From: Octopus vulgaris
Taxonomy: Eukaryota
Assembly: GCA_951406725.2 (NCBI GenBank)
Contig: OX597827.1
Location: forward strand, 72,044,001 to 72,108,000
Direction: 5' to 3'
DNA: 64,000 nucleotides
Shown: positions 14,036 through 26,928 of the stretch, piece by piece
How positions within the stretch are numbered: the first letter of the stretch is position 1
Layout: every line of letters begins with the position of its first letter
Translations under genes and position numbers: made by a program
Notes under the pieces: generated by a model
What the model was told of the DNA's origin: nothing
The model's input: the letters and a program-made list of their open reading frames with translations, nothing else
Databases searched by the model: none

Positions 14036-15725
14036 TGAAGAAACGAGTAAAATAGTAAAAGAAAGAAAAAGAAATCTCTGTTGACATCATTTAACATCCA
14101 CTTTTCCAGACTTGTATGGGTGAGATGGAATTCATGAAGGCAGATTTTTCTATAAGTGGATGCCCTTCCTGTTGCAAATCCTAACCTGCCTTGAAGCAAG
14201 ATAATAGACCCACATGACCAAACACGTTTTGGCGGACAATGGAAAATGAGGGACTCCACTTGCGTGATGGCGGTACTCATTTATAACAGTCCTATGATGT
14301 CAAGACAAAGTTACACACACACACACATACATGAAGGGCTCTTTTCAGTTTCCATTCACTCACTAAACTTTGGTCTGACCAGCATTATAAGAGTAAATAC
14401 TTGCCCAAGGTGCTATACAGTGGGACTGAAACCAAGGCCTCATGGTTGGAAAGCAAGCTTCTTAACCAAACAGCTACACCCGCACCTACATTACATTATA
14501 TATATATATATATATATATAATGTAAAGTATAGAAGCCATCTTAATATGGCTAATCACAAAGGGGAGGCGGTGTTACTGTAGCTCTATAGCCCCAGGAGA
14601 TCATCGTCTCCAGCTGGCTTTAGACACCATTTCAGTGCCCTTGAAGTATTTGCAAAGGGAGGCCATCCCTTTCTCGTAAGCCTGAGTGATACGCACGGAC
14701 TAGTTTCGGGATTATTGTCCCTTATCAACGGGCGGTAACCACCAGGTCGCGATATATATATATAAGCTTCACCAACCAGCATATATTTTTTTCTGTACCT
14801 TACTTTATCTTTATGTCCACCCTTTTATATTTTATTTTTATTTTTTATTCTTATTTTTTCGCTTCTTTATCTTTATTTATATTTCCATATTTTTTCACGT
14901 CTTTGTATATTTATATACTTATATACTTTATATTTTTTTTAATTTTTACTCTTTTATTACATTTTGCACCTACTACTTTCCCTCTTTGTGATCCCAAACT
15001 CATTAAAGATTCACCTCCCTCCAACTCCTTCCCTCTTTATCTCAACATCCAACCTCCTCATTCTATATCGAGTGAAAAACGGTATGGACGCTTTGTTTTT
15101 GTTTTGGTGTCTCGCTCTGCTGTATACGACTATGAGGATTTGCATTCCCAACGAAAATCGTCTTTTTCCCAAACTTATAATGTAATGCATGTCTTTGGTG
15201 CAGTAATTGTGTGCGGCTGAGGAAGGCTATTGACATACATATTACATCAATTATGCATTGATATAAACTGTCTAATAAAGCCAGAAACATATGTACCGCT
15301 ACATCCTTTGCATCCTGTTTTTCTTTTGATAAATATATATATATATATAATAAAAACTTACTTGGAGAAAAAGAGAAACAAGAAACAATTCTGCAAAAGA
15401 ATTTTATTTAATTCATTTTGTAGGAAGGACTGCTTCGGCCGGATCGTGTTCTGCCCTTACCTTCGAAACACGCATTGAGTCAAACCAGGAGCAGCTGATG
15501 AAGGGGAATATTCCTTGTATTGTTTGTCTTGTACTCTGTTTTTTCATTGTTAAAAAAAAGTTTGTTTCCTTGTTTGATTTTATGTTTTCGTTTCTCGTTG
15601 TGTTCTACATTTATTTGTGGTGTCCTGTACTCATATATATATGCATGTATATATATATATATATATAGATGTAGGTATGTACATATATGTATGTATGTAT
15701 GCATATGTTTTATTTATTAAATTGT

Positions 15726-15763
<38 letters not shown>

Positions 15764-16120
15764 TGGAGGTGCAATGGCCCAGTGATTAGGGCAGCGGACT
15801 CGCGGTTTCGATTCCCAGACCAGGCGTTGTGAGTGTTTATTGAGCGAAAACACCTAAAGCTCCACGAGGCTCCAGCAGGGATGGTGGTGATCCCTGCTGT
15901 ACTCTTTCACCACAACTTTCTCTCACTCTTACTTCCTGTTTCTGTTGTACCTGTATTTCAAAGGGCCGGTCTTGTCACGCTGAATATCCCCGAGAACTAC
16001 GTTAAGGGTACACGTGTCTGTGGAGTGCTCAGCCACTTACGCGTTAATTTCACGAGCAGGCTGTTCTGTTGATCGGATCAACCGGAACCCTCATCGTCGT
16101 AACCGACGGAGTGCTTCCAT

Positions 16121-16165
<45 letters not shown>

Positions 16166-16822
16166 AAGTGGCTGAGTTCCTTTCAAGTGTTGGGCCTTAT
16201 GGAGGCAATGACCAAGACCTTTGGCATTATGTCATGCTTCAGAAGACCCATCAAACCGAGCAAAATCGCAGTTGTGACAGATACCAGTGTCACACAAATG
16301 GCACCTGTAGTGGCACGTAAAAACACCCACTACACTCGGAGCGGTTGGCGTTAGGAAGGGTATCAGCTGTAGAAAACCATGCCAAATCAGACTGGAGTCT
16401 GGTGCAGTCTTCTAGCATGCCAGCCCTGTCAAACCGTCCCACCCATGCCAGCATGGACAATGGACATTAAATGATGATGATGATGATGGTGATGATAGAC
16501 ACGTATAGATGATGGACTCTCATTGAGGATGTTCAGTTTTTGTCAAGTGACCTGCACAAATGATTTGTTTATAGTGATCAATGGTTCGTGCCGCACATTA
16601 GCTCACTCTCTCTATCATATCGACATTATCTGAACAGGTGTGCTGTGTACCATACATCAGGTGTCGAAGTGATCGCAGAGCAACATAAAGTTATGGGTTT
16701 GGCTCGAGAACATAATGCACCACCAGGACTACAAATTGAAATCGTAATCTCGCAATCATGAGTGCAACACCCAAACCACTTGGCCATACACCTCTCACAT
16801 ATGCATATATATATATATATAT

Positions 16823-17208
16823 ATACTCTTTTACTTGTTTCAGTAATTGGACGGTGGCCATGCTGGAGCACCACCTTTAGTCGAGCAAATCGACCCCAGG
16901 ACTTATTCTTTGTAAGCTTAGTACTTATTTTATCGGTCTCTGTTGCCAAACCGATAAGTTATGGGTACATAAACACACCACCATCAGTTGTCAAGCGATG
17001 TTGGGGGGGGACAAACATACACACACACACACACATACATACATATACATTTATACGATGGTCTTCTTTCAGTTTCCGTCTACCAAATCCACTCACAAGG
17101 CTCTGGTCATCCCGAGGCTATAGTAGAAGGCACTTGCCCAAGGTGCCATGCAGTGGGACTGAACCCAGAATCATGTGGTTGGTAAGCAAGCTACTTACCA
17201 CACAGCCA
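16823..17208 (-). mobile_element. SINE family A copy
   Basis: Reverse-complement match to family A. Confidence 0.88.
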
Positions 17209-18039
17209 TATATATATATATATATATATGTGGAGGCGCAATGGCCCAGTGGTTAGGGCAGCGGACTCACGGTCATAGGATCACAGTTTCGATTCCTAGA
17301 CTAGGCATTGTGAGTGTTTATTGAGCGAAAACACCTAAAGCTCCACGAGGCTCCGGCAGGGGGTGGTGGCAAACCCTGCTGTACTCTTTCGCCGCAACTT
17401 TCTCTCACTCTTTCTTCTGTTGGCCTGCTCGCTTAGCCAGCAGGGTGGTGTCATTTAAAGGCTAAAACAATGCGAAACGCATTGTGACCAGCGATGTGTA
17501 GCAACATCTGATAGCCTGGTCGGTCACAGTGATATATATATATACATACATACACATAGAGTTTATTATTTCATTATTTGGAGGATAAACAAGCAAAAAA
17601 GAACCCACTCCATCCAATGAGATAAATATAATTTAATATAGACACAGTTTTTAAAAATGAGCTACCAACAGTTTCATGCCGTGGGAACACAATAGTTTGG
17701 CCTATTTATATATGTCTTGTGTCTCTAAGCAATCACTCAGACTTGAATACACATGGTTTTTGGTAGATGGAAACTGAAAGAAGCCCATCATATATATGTG
17801 TGTATGTGTGTTTGTCCCCCACCTCTGACTTGTAAGCTAGAGGTTCAGCAAAAGAGACTGATAAAATAAATACCAGACTCAAAAAATATAAATTCTGGGA
17901 TTGATTCATTTACTCTTTTACTTGTTTCAGTCATTTGACTGCGGCCATGCTGGAGCACCGCCTTTAGTCAAGCAAATCGACTCCAGGACTTATTCTTTGT
18001 AAGCCTAGTACTTATTCTATCAGTCTCAAAGTGTGTGAC

Positions 18040-18157
18040 GCTTACAGCACCTAGGTTTCCCAAGCGGTCACCCATCTAAGTACTAACTAAGCTCCACGTT
18101 GCTTAACTTCAGTGATCGGACGAGAACCGGTGCTTTCAACATGATATGGCTGTAAGC
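18040..18157 (-). pseudogene. 5S rRNA full-length dispersed copy, likely retroposed and non-functional
   Basis: The reverse complement GCTTACAGCCATATCATGTTGAAAGCACCGGTTCTCGTCCGATCACTGAAGTTAAGCAAC...TTAGTACTTAGATGGGTGACCGCTTGGGAAACCTAGGTGCTGTAAGC matches the eukaryotic 5S consensus. It is 118 nt with complementary ends and has no long oligo-T terminator. Confidence 0.93.
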
Positions 18158-18666
18158 ATTTGACTGAAATTGTTCAAGGTGGTGCCCTCAGCATGGCTCT
18201 GGTTGGTCTTATCTGAAAAACTGAGAAAAGAACATTGGTCTAAGAAAAAGCGAGAGAAAGGTGAAAGCAAAAGGTGGAATCAGGGAAGGCGGAAAAAGAA
18301 ACTAATTTTCCGAATGGACCTCTTTGTTTCACAAACTTTAGCCTCCTTCCTCTTGAATCTCTCTATATAAAGCTGAAGTTGTCTGTGTGGCAGGTTTGGT
18401 AGCCTTCAACTAACACTATTTCCTCTGTGACCCTGCAGTGCAAGTTGACTAAAATTGAGAGTATGATAGAAGAAGGCTTGCTCTTCCTTCCGTAGAAGAA
18501 AAAATTCAGATCGGACCGTGTTAACACCAAAAATTATTTACATCAAAAAGGTGCTTTTTTTTTTTCTATGAAAATCCCTATTTTTTACGATTTTTTGACT
18601 GCTGTGTCGCCATTTTTCGGTGTATTTCAACCAGAAAAATAATAATAATAATGAAATTATTGTATA

Positions 18667-19040
18667 TAGGCGCAAGAGTGGCTGTGTGGTAAGTAGCTTG
18701 TTTACCAACCACATGGTTCTGGGTTCAGTTCCACTGCGTGGCACCTTGAGCAAGTGTCTTCTACTATAGCCTCGGGCCGACCAAAGCCTTGTGAGTGGAT
18801 TTGGTAGATGGAAACTGAAAGAAGCCCGTCGTATATATGTATGTGTATTTGTGTGTCTGTATTTGTCCCCCTAGCATTGCTTGACAACCGTCACTTAGCG
18901 GTTCGGCAAAAAGAGACCGATAGAATAAGTACTGGGTTTACAAAGAATAAGTCCCGAGGTCGGTTTGCTCGACTAAAGGCGGTGCTCCAGCATGGCCGCA
19001 GTCAAATGACTGAAACAAGTAAAAGAGTGAAAAGAGAGAG
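18667..19040 (+). mobile_element. SINE family A copy nested in the Helitron
   Basis: Family A head and tail are both present. Confidence 0.88.
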
Positions 19041-19280
19041 TGCTCAGTTTCATTTGTCGGGTCTTCACAGTCACAACATATCTCAGAGGTCTCGCTCTTT
19101 CGTCATAAAACAACATCTGATAGTCTGACTGATACAGCAGAATAGAAATGTGGAAATGTGTGTGTGTGTGTTATGTAATGTATTTGGGAATAACTACATC
19201 ATTGGCCATAAGATTCCAGTGGATCAATCATTGGTCCTCTACATTTCCAGTGACATGCGTAACATGAGATGTTTATGCAT

Positions 19281-19545
19281 ACTAGTTTCAGTCATTTGAC
19301 TGCGGCCATGCTGGAGCACCGCCTTTAGTCGAGCAAATCGACCCCGGGACTTATTCTTTGTAAGCCCAGTACTTATTCTATCGGTCTCTTTTTGCCGAAC
19401 CGCTAAGTGACGGGGACGTAAACACACCAGCATCGGTTGTCAAGCAATGCTAGAGGGACAAACACAGACACACACACATACATATATATATACATACATA
19501 CGACAGGCTTCTTTCAGTTTCCGTCTACCAACCAAATCCACAACA
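19281..19545 (-). mobile_element. 5'-truncated SINE family A copy flanked by an 18-bp direct repeat
   Basis: GTTTATGCATACTAGTTT at 19271-19288 and 19546-19563. The left copy overlaps the SINE 3' end. Confidence 0.88.
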
Positions 19546-20160
19546 GTTTATGCATACTAGTTTTAAAATCTGGTTTCTTTTTTGGCCAAGATGTTTCTTG
19601 TGACAGTCTCTTCATGTTTGTTTCAAATTTTCGACAGCTGACTTCAGAAATCTCCTATCTGGAAGCGTAGATATTGGAATTAGATGTTGAGGGGTTGCGC
19701 ATAGGAAAGAATATTCAATCTCATCAGTATTTGCTGAAGAATTACTCTGAGTTCTGAGAAGTTGTAGAATGTTATAGGGAACTGTTGTTGCAATAATGCA
19801 AAATTTTTACTTTTCAAAAATTCCAATTCTAAAGGGTCGAAACGAACCCGAGCAACGCCGGGCGATACTGCTAGTTAGTAGATATTTGCTACATTAAGAT
19901 TTCAATAAAGGGGACGCAACTCTTGGCTTTCCTTCCCTCATTTTTTTTTTTACCTTTCGTCTTCTTGTTCTGCCTTCCTCGCACTTCTTTCTCATAGACC
20001 AGCGTCCTTTCTCGGTTCTTTTTTTTTCGAAGATCAGCCATGCTGTGTATTGGAGCCTTAAGGATTGCTTGCAGACATAAGGCATGATTTATAAATCTGC
20101 TAAATTATTGAGTTCTCACAGAATAAAATTCTTAATAGCTCACATTTAAATGCTGTGTCT

Positions 20161-20676
20161 ACCTTAAATCCTGGAGTATAGTCCGCCCTTGAGTATAATA
20201 CGCAGGGGTTTTTTTGGGGGCTGTACCTCTGAAAAACCTAAACCTTGTGTATAATACGCACCCCTTCTCTAACTTGAGTCAAGGAGGTCTATATAACGTC
20301 CTTGGTTTGTAAAAATGTATACAGTAACGTCCTTTATTATTATTGTATATATAACATAATGCAAACGTGTAGCTATTTTGTGCATTTTGTTTGCAGAAAA
20401 TAAAGAAATAACAGTAATAACGTTTAGTAAATGTTGCTTACTGCAAGTTATGGATGATTCTTTTATGACTTCATTGCTTTCAGGCTTAGCTTGAGTTATT
20501 TTCGCGCCTGACATCACAAAATGCGTCTGGATAAACATTGCCAGACAGCAAATAGAGACTCGGACATTGCTTAGAAAATATTTTTCATTTTTAACCTCAT
20601 ATATAGTACGCACTAGGGATTTTGACCTTTAAATTTTTTGGGGAAAAATGCAGATTATACTCGAGGATTTACGGTA
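20161..20676. mobile_element. Tc1/pogo-type MITE
   Basis: Inverted termini ta-CCTTAAATCCTGGAGTATA / TATACTCGAGGATTTACGG-ta. Confidence 0.75.
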
Positions 20677-21389
20677 TGAAATGACACACACACACATATA
20701 TAATTTTATCGTTCGCTTGTTTCAGTCATTAGACTATGGCCATGCTGGGGCATCTCCTTGAAGAATTCTAGTCAAATGAATCAACTCCAGAACTTATATT
20801 TTTAAGTCTGGTATTTATTCCATCAATCTCTTTTGCTAAACCACTAAGTTACAAAGATGTAAACACACCAACACCACACAGACGCACACATATACATATG
20901 ATGGGCTTCTTTCGGTTTCTGTCTACCAAATCCACTTGCAATGTTTTGGTTGGCCTGCGCCTATAGTACAAGACCCTTGACCAAGGTGCTGTACAGTGGG
21001 ACTGAAACCAGAACCATGTAGTTGGGAAGCAAACTTCTTACTACTCCCTCACGCCTGCACCTACACATATATATCACGTGACCGACCAGACCATCAGATG
21101 TTGCTACACATCGCTGGTCACAATGCGTTCGCATTGTTTTAGCCTTCGAACGACGCCTCCCCGCTGGCTAAGCGAGCAGGCCAACAGAAGAAAGAGAGAA
21201 AGAGTGGTGAAAGAGTACAGCAGGGACTACCACCCCCTGCCGGAGCCTCGTGGAGCTTTTAGGTGTTTTCATTCAATAAACACACACGCCCAGTCTGGGA
21301 ATCGAAACCGCGATCCTACAACTGCCAGTCCGCTGCCCTAACCACTGGGCCATTGCGCCTCCACATATATATATCATATAGTAATGTGA

Positions 21390-21710
21390 AGGCGTGTGGC
21401 TTAGTGGTTAGGGCATTCGGCTCACGATCGTAAGGTTGTGAGTTCAATTCCCGGTGGCATGTTGTGTCCTTGAGCAAGACACTTTATTTCACGTTGCTCC
21501 AGTCCACTCAGCTGGCAAAAATGAGTAGTACCTGTATTTCAAAGGGCCGGCCTTGTCACAATCTGTATCATGCTGAATCTCCCTGAGAACTACATTAAGG
21601 GCGCACGTGTTTGTGGAGTGCTCAGCCACTTGTATGTTAATTTCACGAGCAAGATGTTCCGTTGATCGTGTCAGCTGGGACCCTCGTCGTCATAACTGAC
21701 GGAGTGCTTC
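21390..21710 (+). mobile_element. tRNA-headed SINE (family C'; also 41037-41310, 41983-42300, and about 61940-62190 on minus)
   Basis: Head GGCGTGTGGCTTAGTGGTTAGGGC...GAGTTCAATTCC, followed by gtgtccttgagcaagacactt. Confidence 0.82.
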
Positions 21711-22967
21711 TAATATAGTAAATAAAATAAAAAAAAACGAAGAACAAACACAAGAAAAAAAAACAACAACACGAGGATGTGATACATGCAAAGTATTAGC
21801 AGATGCTCAGGGAAGGAAAGAAAGGTGGTTTTACATTTTGAGCGGACGCTCTTCTTCAGAAACAGGAGACAGAGGAAATTCCAAGAGAAAAGGAAGGAGG
21901 AAAAAAAAAAAATATATATATATGTAAAAAGCACCCACTACACTCACAGAGTGGTTGGCATTAGGAAGGGCATCCAGCCGTAGAAACACTGCCAGATCTG
22001 ACTGGGCCTGATGAAGCCTTCTGGCTTCACAGACCCCAGTTGAACCATCCAACCCATGCTAGCATGGAAAACGGACGCTAAATGATGATATGTAGTGTAT
22101 TAAGAGATTTCTTTTTCCTTCCTCCAACATGCATACACAACATACACATGCTAACATGGAAAAACAAATGTACAACAAACAAGCAAACATGTACACACAT
22201 AACAGTACGTTGGTTATTGCAGTGAGATTTTTTATTGTTTTACATTCGTTAATATAAAAGCAAAAATTGATTTTACACAAAGTGGTCCTTTTTTATCAAC
22301 TAAACATTCAACTTTGTAGAAGTAATAAGAGCAACCTGTTTCATTAAATTTTTATCAATCAGGTAAAAAAAAAAAAAAAATTTTTTTTAAGTGAAAACTG
22401 AGAAGTTGTAGATATATTTGAATTTATGACCATATCTTACAGTTAATAGCACAACGACTATTTCTTAAAATGCATTTATCTCCCTGCCAAGTTGAAGGGA
22501 CCACTTTACATATATCTGTATACAGTAAAAACTGCCTCTTGTTTTAGTAGTAGAATTAGGACATGGAATTGGGAAACGATGGGATAAAACAAAATGAAAA
22601 TTGGTCCTTTTTATCTTGCATTGCAAACCCTGGAAATGATAAAGGCAAAAAACACAAAAAAAAACTGGGTAAGATGCTGACATTTTACACTTCAAAAAAA
22701 TAAGGTAAACCTGAATATGTTAAACTGGCATTTAATGATTAGAGAGAACCATTGAATGGCAGATTGCTTTTTAACACATGTATACAAATATGTGTTTTGC
22801 AAACAGGGGAAAAAAACCCCAATGATGTCATTAACACCCAATCCCATTATACCACCATATGCATTATACAGCTTTAATGCATATATATATATATATATAT
22901 AGACACACATATATATACATTACACACGTGTAATGCCCACATATGTATATATATATATATATATATA

Positions 22968-23108
22968 TAGCTTGCTTACGAACCACATGGCTCTTGGTTC
23001 AGTCCCACTGTGTGGCACCTCGGGCAAGTGTCTTCTACTATATGCCTCAGACCGACCAAAGCCTTGTGAGTGGATTTGGTAGAGGGAAACTGAAAGAAGC
23101 CCGTCGTA

Positions 23109-23151
<43 letters not shown>

Positions 23152-23368
23152 ATATGTTTGTGTGTCTGTGTTTGTCACCCCCACATCACTTGACAACCGA
23201 TGCTGGTGTGTTTACGCCCCCATAACTTAGCGGTTCGGCAAAAGAGACCGATAGAATAAGTACTAGGCTTACATAGAATAAGTCCTGGGGTCGCTTTGCT
23301 CGACCAAAGGTGGTGCTCCAGCATGGCCACAGTCACATGACTGAAACAAATAAAAGAGTAAAAAGTAA
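22968..23368 (+). mobile_element. SINE family A copy
   Basis: Match to family A. Confidence 0.87.
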
Positions 23369-23968
23369 TATATATATATATATATATATATATACACCAA
23401 TATGATTTATGTGTATACACCAATATATACATGACATGGAAAACAAAAATTTTCAACAGTCTATACACACACACACACACACAAGCATGCGGGTGTATTA
23501 TCATCATTTAACATCTACTTTTTCAAGCTTGCATGGGTCAGATGAAATTTTTTGCATGTGTGTGTGTGTGTGTATACACATGCACTCGTACATATATGTC
23601 ACTTTTGTAAGATTTTTCAAGTGAACTCGAGTTGAAACAAATTTTGTTGTATCTTGGGGAGGTCATTATGCCAATAATAAACACATGCACCAGTTCTATT
23701 TCACTTCATTTATTATTATTAGTCAATCAATCAATAATCTAGATATGTCCAAAGTCCTTTTGCTACCATGTGCAACCTCATCAATAACATGACTGAGTGA
23801 TAGAAGGATTAATTAATCAATTAGTTAATTGATTACATGTTAAAGAATTGACTAATAATAATAAAACGAATAAAATAAAACTAGTGCATGTGTTTACCAT
23901 TGGCAAAATGACCCACCCAAGATACAAAAAAACACACACACACCTATATTATATTATACATATGTATA

Positions 23969-24164
23969 CAGTAGTACCTGGTTTTCGAACACCTTTGATT
24001 GCAAATAAATTGTGCTTTATATACATATATATATATAAAGCACGATTTATTTGTGATCAGAGGCATTTGTAAACTGAGGTGCTACTGTATTAAATGAATA
24101 TGAGAAAGACAGGAGATAAAGTACGATTCATGATCAGAGTTATTCGAAAACCGAAGTTCTACTG
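23969..24164. mobile_element. Tigger/pogo-like MITE
   Basis: Inverted ends CAGTAGTACCTGGTTTTCGAA / TTCGAAAACCGAAGTTCTACTG. Confidence 0.7.
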
Positions 24165-24294
24165 TGTATATATATATATATATATACACACACACATCAT
24201 TATTGTTTAGAATCCGTTTTCCATGCTGGCATGGATCAGATAGTTTGACTGGAGCTGATAAGCCAGGGAGCTGTACTATATTTACATATATTAT

Positions 24295-24555
24295 GCCTAT
24301 ATGTCTGTGCACACCTTTCGATGCAATGTATGCCAGGTCTGCAAATCTAACAGAAGCCTCAAAAGACATTTTAAGATCCACAAAGAGAAGAACTTAACTG
24401 CAGCTCTTGGTGCTCCAAGTTGGATATGCAATCAATGTGGGTGTCTTTTTCATAACATTGTCTGGTTTAAAAAGCCACATGAGATGACATGATGGTTCTA
24501 AGGTGTAGGTGCAGGATGTGGTCAAGCTCTGCATAAGGAGTAGACAACCACCATA
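24295..24555 (+). mobile_element. Probable RTE-like LINE 3' end with degenerate C2H2-like motifs
   Basis: Contains CNVCQVCKSNRSLKRHFKIH and a frameshifted second motif, ending in a short-repeat/(TA)n tail. No splice context is visible. Confidence 0.5.
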
Positions 24556-24588
24556 TATATATATAAAAATGTGTTTGTGTGTGAGTAC

Positions 24589-24995
24589 CAGGGACGTGCC
24601 GCCTGGGTAGGCAAGGTAGGCAGTGCATACCCTGAATGAGATAGATCGATAGGAACATTTTCCTTTTATGGCAAAATATGCACCTAATTCAATAACATTA
24701 TGAAGGTTACTCTGATTACTATGCATAAAATGGAAAATATTTTATTTCTTTGTAGATTAGTTAGGCATAATTCGTCCCTGCCTTTCAATCTCAGTATTAA
24801 AGCTATGCATAGTACTGCTGTAGTACACATGCTGCGTACACTCCTACAACACCGTTTTCCTTATGTGTTATAAAGGCAGAAGTAAATCTGCCTACAACTC
24901 AGCCGTGCGCTTGCGTTTTGCTTATTTTTTTTGTGTTTTACTACATAAACGTCACCAACTGCCTACCCTGAGTAATTACTGATGGTACGTGCCTG
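24589..24995. mobile_element. hAT-type MITE
   Basis: TIRs CAGGGACGTGCC / GGTACGTGCCTG, with a perfect 8-bp TSD GTGAGTAC at 24581-24588 and 24996-25003. Confidence 0.88.
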
Positions 24996-25692
24996 GTGAG
25001 TACATATATGAGTACATGTATGTTTGTGTAAATAAATATATGTATGATGGTGCTTTTTATGTGCCACCTTCACGGGGAGCCAGTCAGGCAATGCCAGTGT
25101 CGCCTGACTGGCTCCTTGTGCAGGCGGCATGTAAAAAGCACTATCCGAACATGGTCGATGCATGAGACAGTCAAGCTGAGTAAGATTTTAAGCTCAGATC
25201 GTATCAATGCTTAACCAAGTCTCTCAGCCCATTGACCTACTAATTTATTATTCCTGAACTCCATTTCCCTGCAGCTTGTAAAAAAACAGTCATAAATTAA
25301 AGGCACAGCACAGAGTAGGGTAGAGGTGGTTAAAGTTTGCAAGATTTGAAATAACATTTCATTTAAATATAACAAAAATGGCAAAAAAAAAAAAATTTTT
25401 TCCAAGTTTTATTATTATTATTATCATTTTTTGTCATTAATTTTCATTTAATTTTCTCATTTTTTAATTATACTTTCTTTTTGCGTTTGTCTCTTTACAT
25501 TGATTGTTATAATTTTCAATGAGATTTGTTCATTTATTAAAATCTTTTTTTTCCTTTTTACATTTAGAAATTACCACACACATACACACACACAGCCAAA
25601 TGCGCACACATACATCTATACAGTGCTTAGAAGTATTCATATAAAAGTGAAACACATCCATTGAGAATGTGTATATTCCTGCTGGTGGAGTG

Positions 25693-25725
<33 letters not shown>

Positions 25726-25935
25726 GTTTCAAATTTTGCCACAAGGGCAGCCATTTTGGGGAGGGGATGTGTCGATTACATCGACCCCAGTTTTTCACTG
25801 GTACTTAATTTATCGACCCTGGAAGGATGAAAGGCTAAGTTGACCTCGGTGGAATTTGAACTCAGAACATAGTGACAGACAAAATACCACTAAGCATTTC
25901 ACCCGGAGTGCTAACAAGTCTATCAGGTCACCACC

Positions 25936-25974
<39 letters not shown>

Positions 25975-26400
25975 TAACCCCACCCCCACCTTAAATTAAA
26001 ATTTTATATTTTGAACTGTTATAGTTAGGGAATATCCAAATTGTTTCATTAGATTATGTAAGGAATACCATGAAAAATTACAATTTTGGGTGTGTTTTTA
26101 TTTTTTTCTTTCTTCTTTCTGAAATTCAGAAATACCAGCATTATTGGAGAAATGGAATTAAGGCCACCAAGATACAAACATATATATATATATATATATA
26201 TACACACGCACAATTATTATCATTATTATTATTCAATGTCTCTTTTTCCATGCTGACATGGGTTATACATTTAAATACATATACTTACACACACACAATA
26301 AATATATATGTGTGTGTGTGTACATATATATATATACAAACACATACACATTTTATATATATGTAAATGTATACATTTATCCATATCTATTACATATATT

Positions 26401-26432
<32 letters not shown>

Positions 26433-26673
26433 TATACATACACACATACTGAATGCAAGTACATTGTGTGAAGTCAGGACTTCATGATAGATCGCTAGCT
26501 ACTACACGCATTTTTTTGTTTCCTTGTTTTTTTTCTGTGTATCTTTCTGTCGAAGAGCATAGGCTCGAAATGTAAAAGACTTTTTCTATCCCTGAGCGCT
26601 ATACTAATACATTTGTTTGTTTGTACTCCACCTGCCTTCGTCTTTTGTTTACTTTCGTAAATTTTCCCTTTAC

Positions 26674-26717
<44 letters not shown>

Positions 26718-26862
26718 GGATATATATATATATATGTGTGTGTCTGTGTGTGTGTGTGTATGTATATATATGTATGTATATATATATATATCTATGAATA
26801 TGTATATATATATGTATGTATATATATATATCTATATGTATATATATCTATGTGTATGTATG

Positions 26863-26928
<66 letters not shown>

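Larger units (their letters stand above)
18358..19874 (+). mobile_element. Non-autonomous Helitron with two nested SINEs
   Basis: 5' end is A|TCTCTCTATATAAAGC. 3' end has the hairpin CCCGAGCAACGCCGGG followed by CTAG|T. Inserted at an AT dinucleotide without TSD. Confidence 0.8.

Noticed and set aside
18040-18157. Functional 5S rRNA gene
   Set aside because: It is solitary, fused to a SINE tail, has no oligo-T terminator, and shows CpG-decay-type substitutions relative to the 5S consensus.
21390-21460. tRNA-like sequences with box A/B (also 17231, 41037, 41983)
   Set aside because: They lack a complete acceptor stem and terminator and continue into SINE bodies.
22100-22900. Repeat-free AT-rich stretch resembling a 3' UTR
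   Set aside because: It cannot be tied to any gene from sequence alone.
24301-24492. Possible second C2H2 gene
   Set aside because: It is frameshifted, lacks TGEKP linkers and splice sites, and ends like a LINE 3' terminus.
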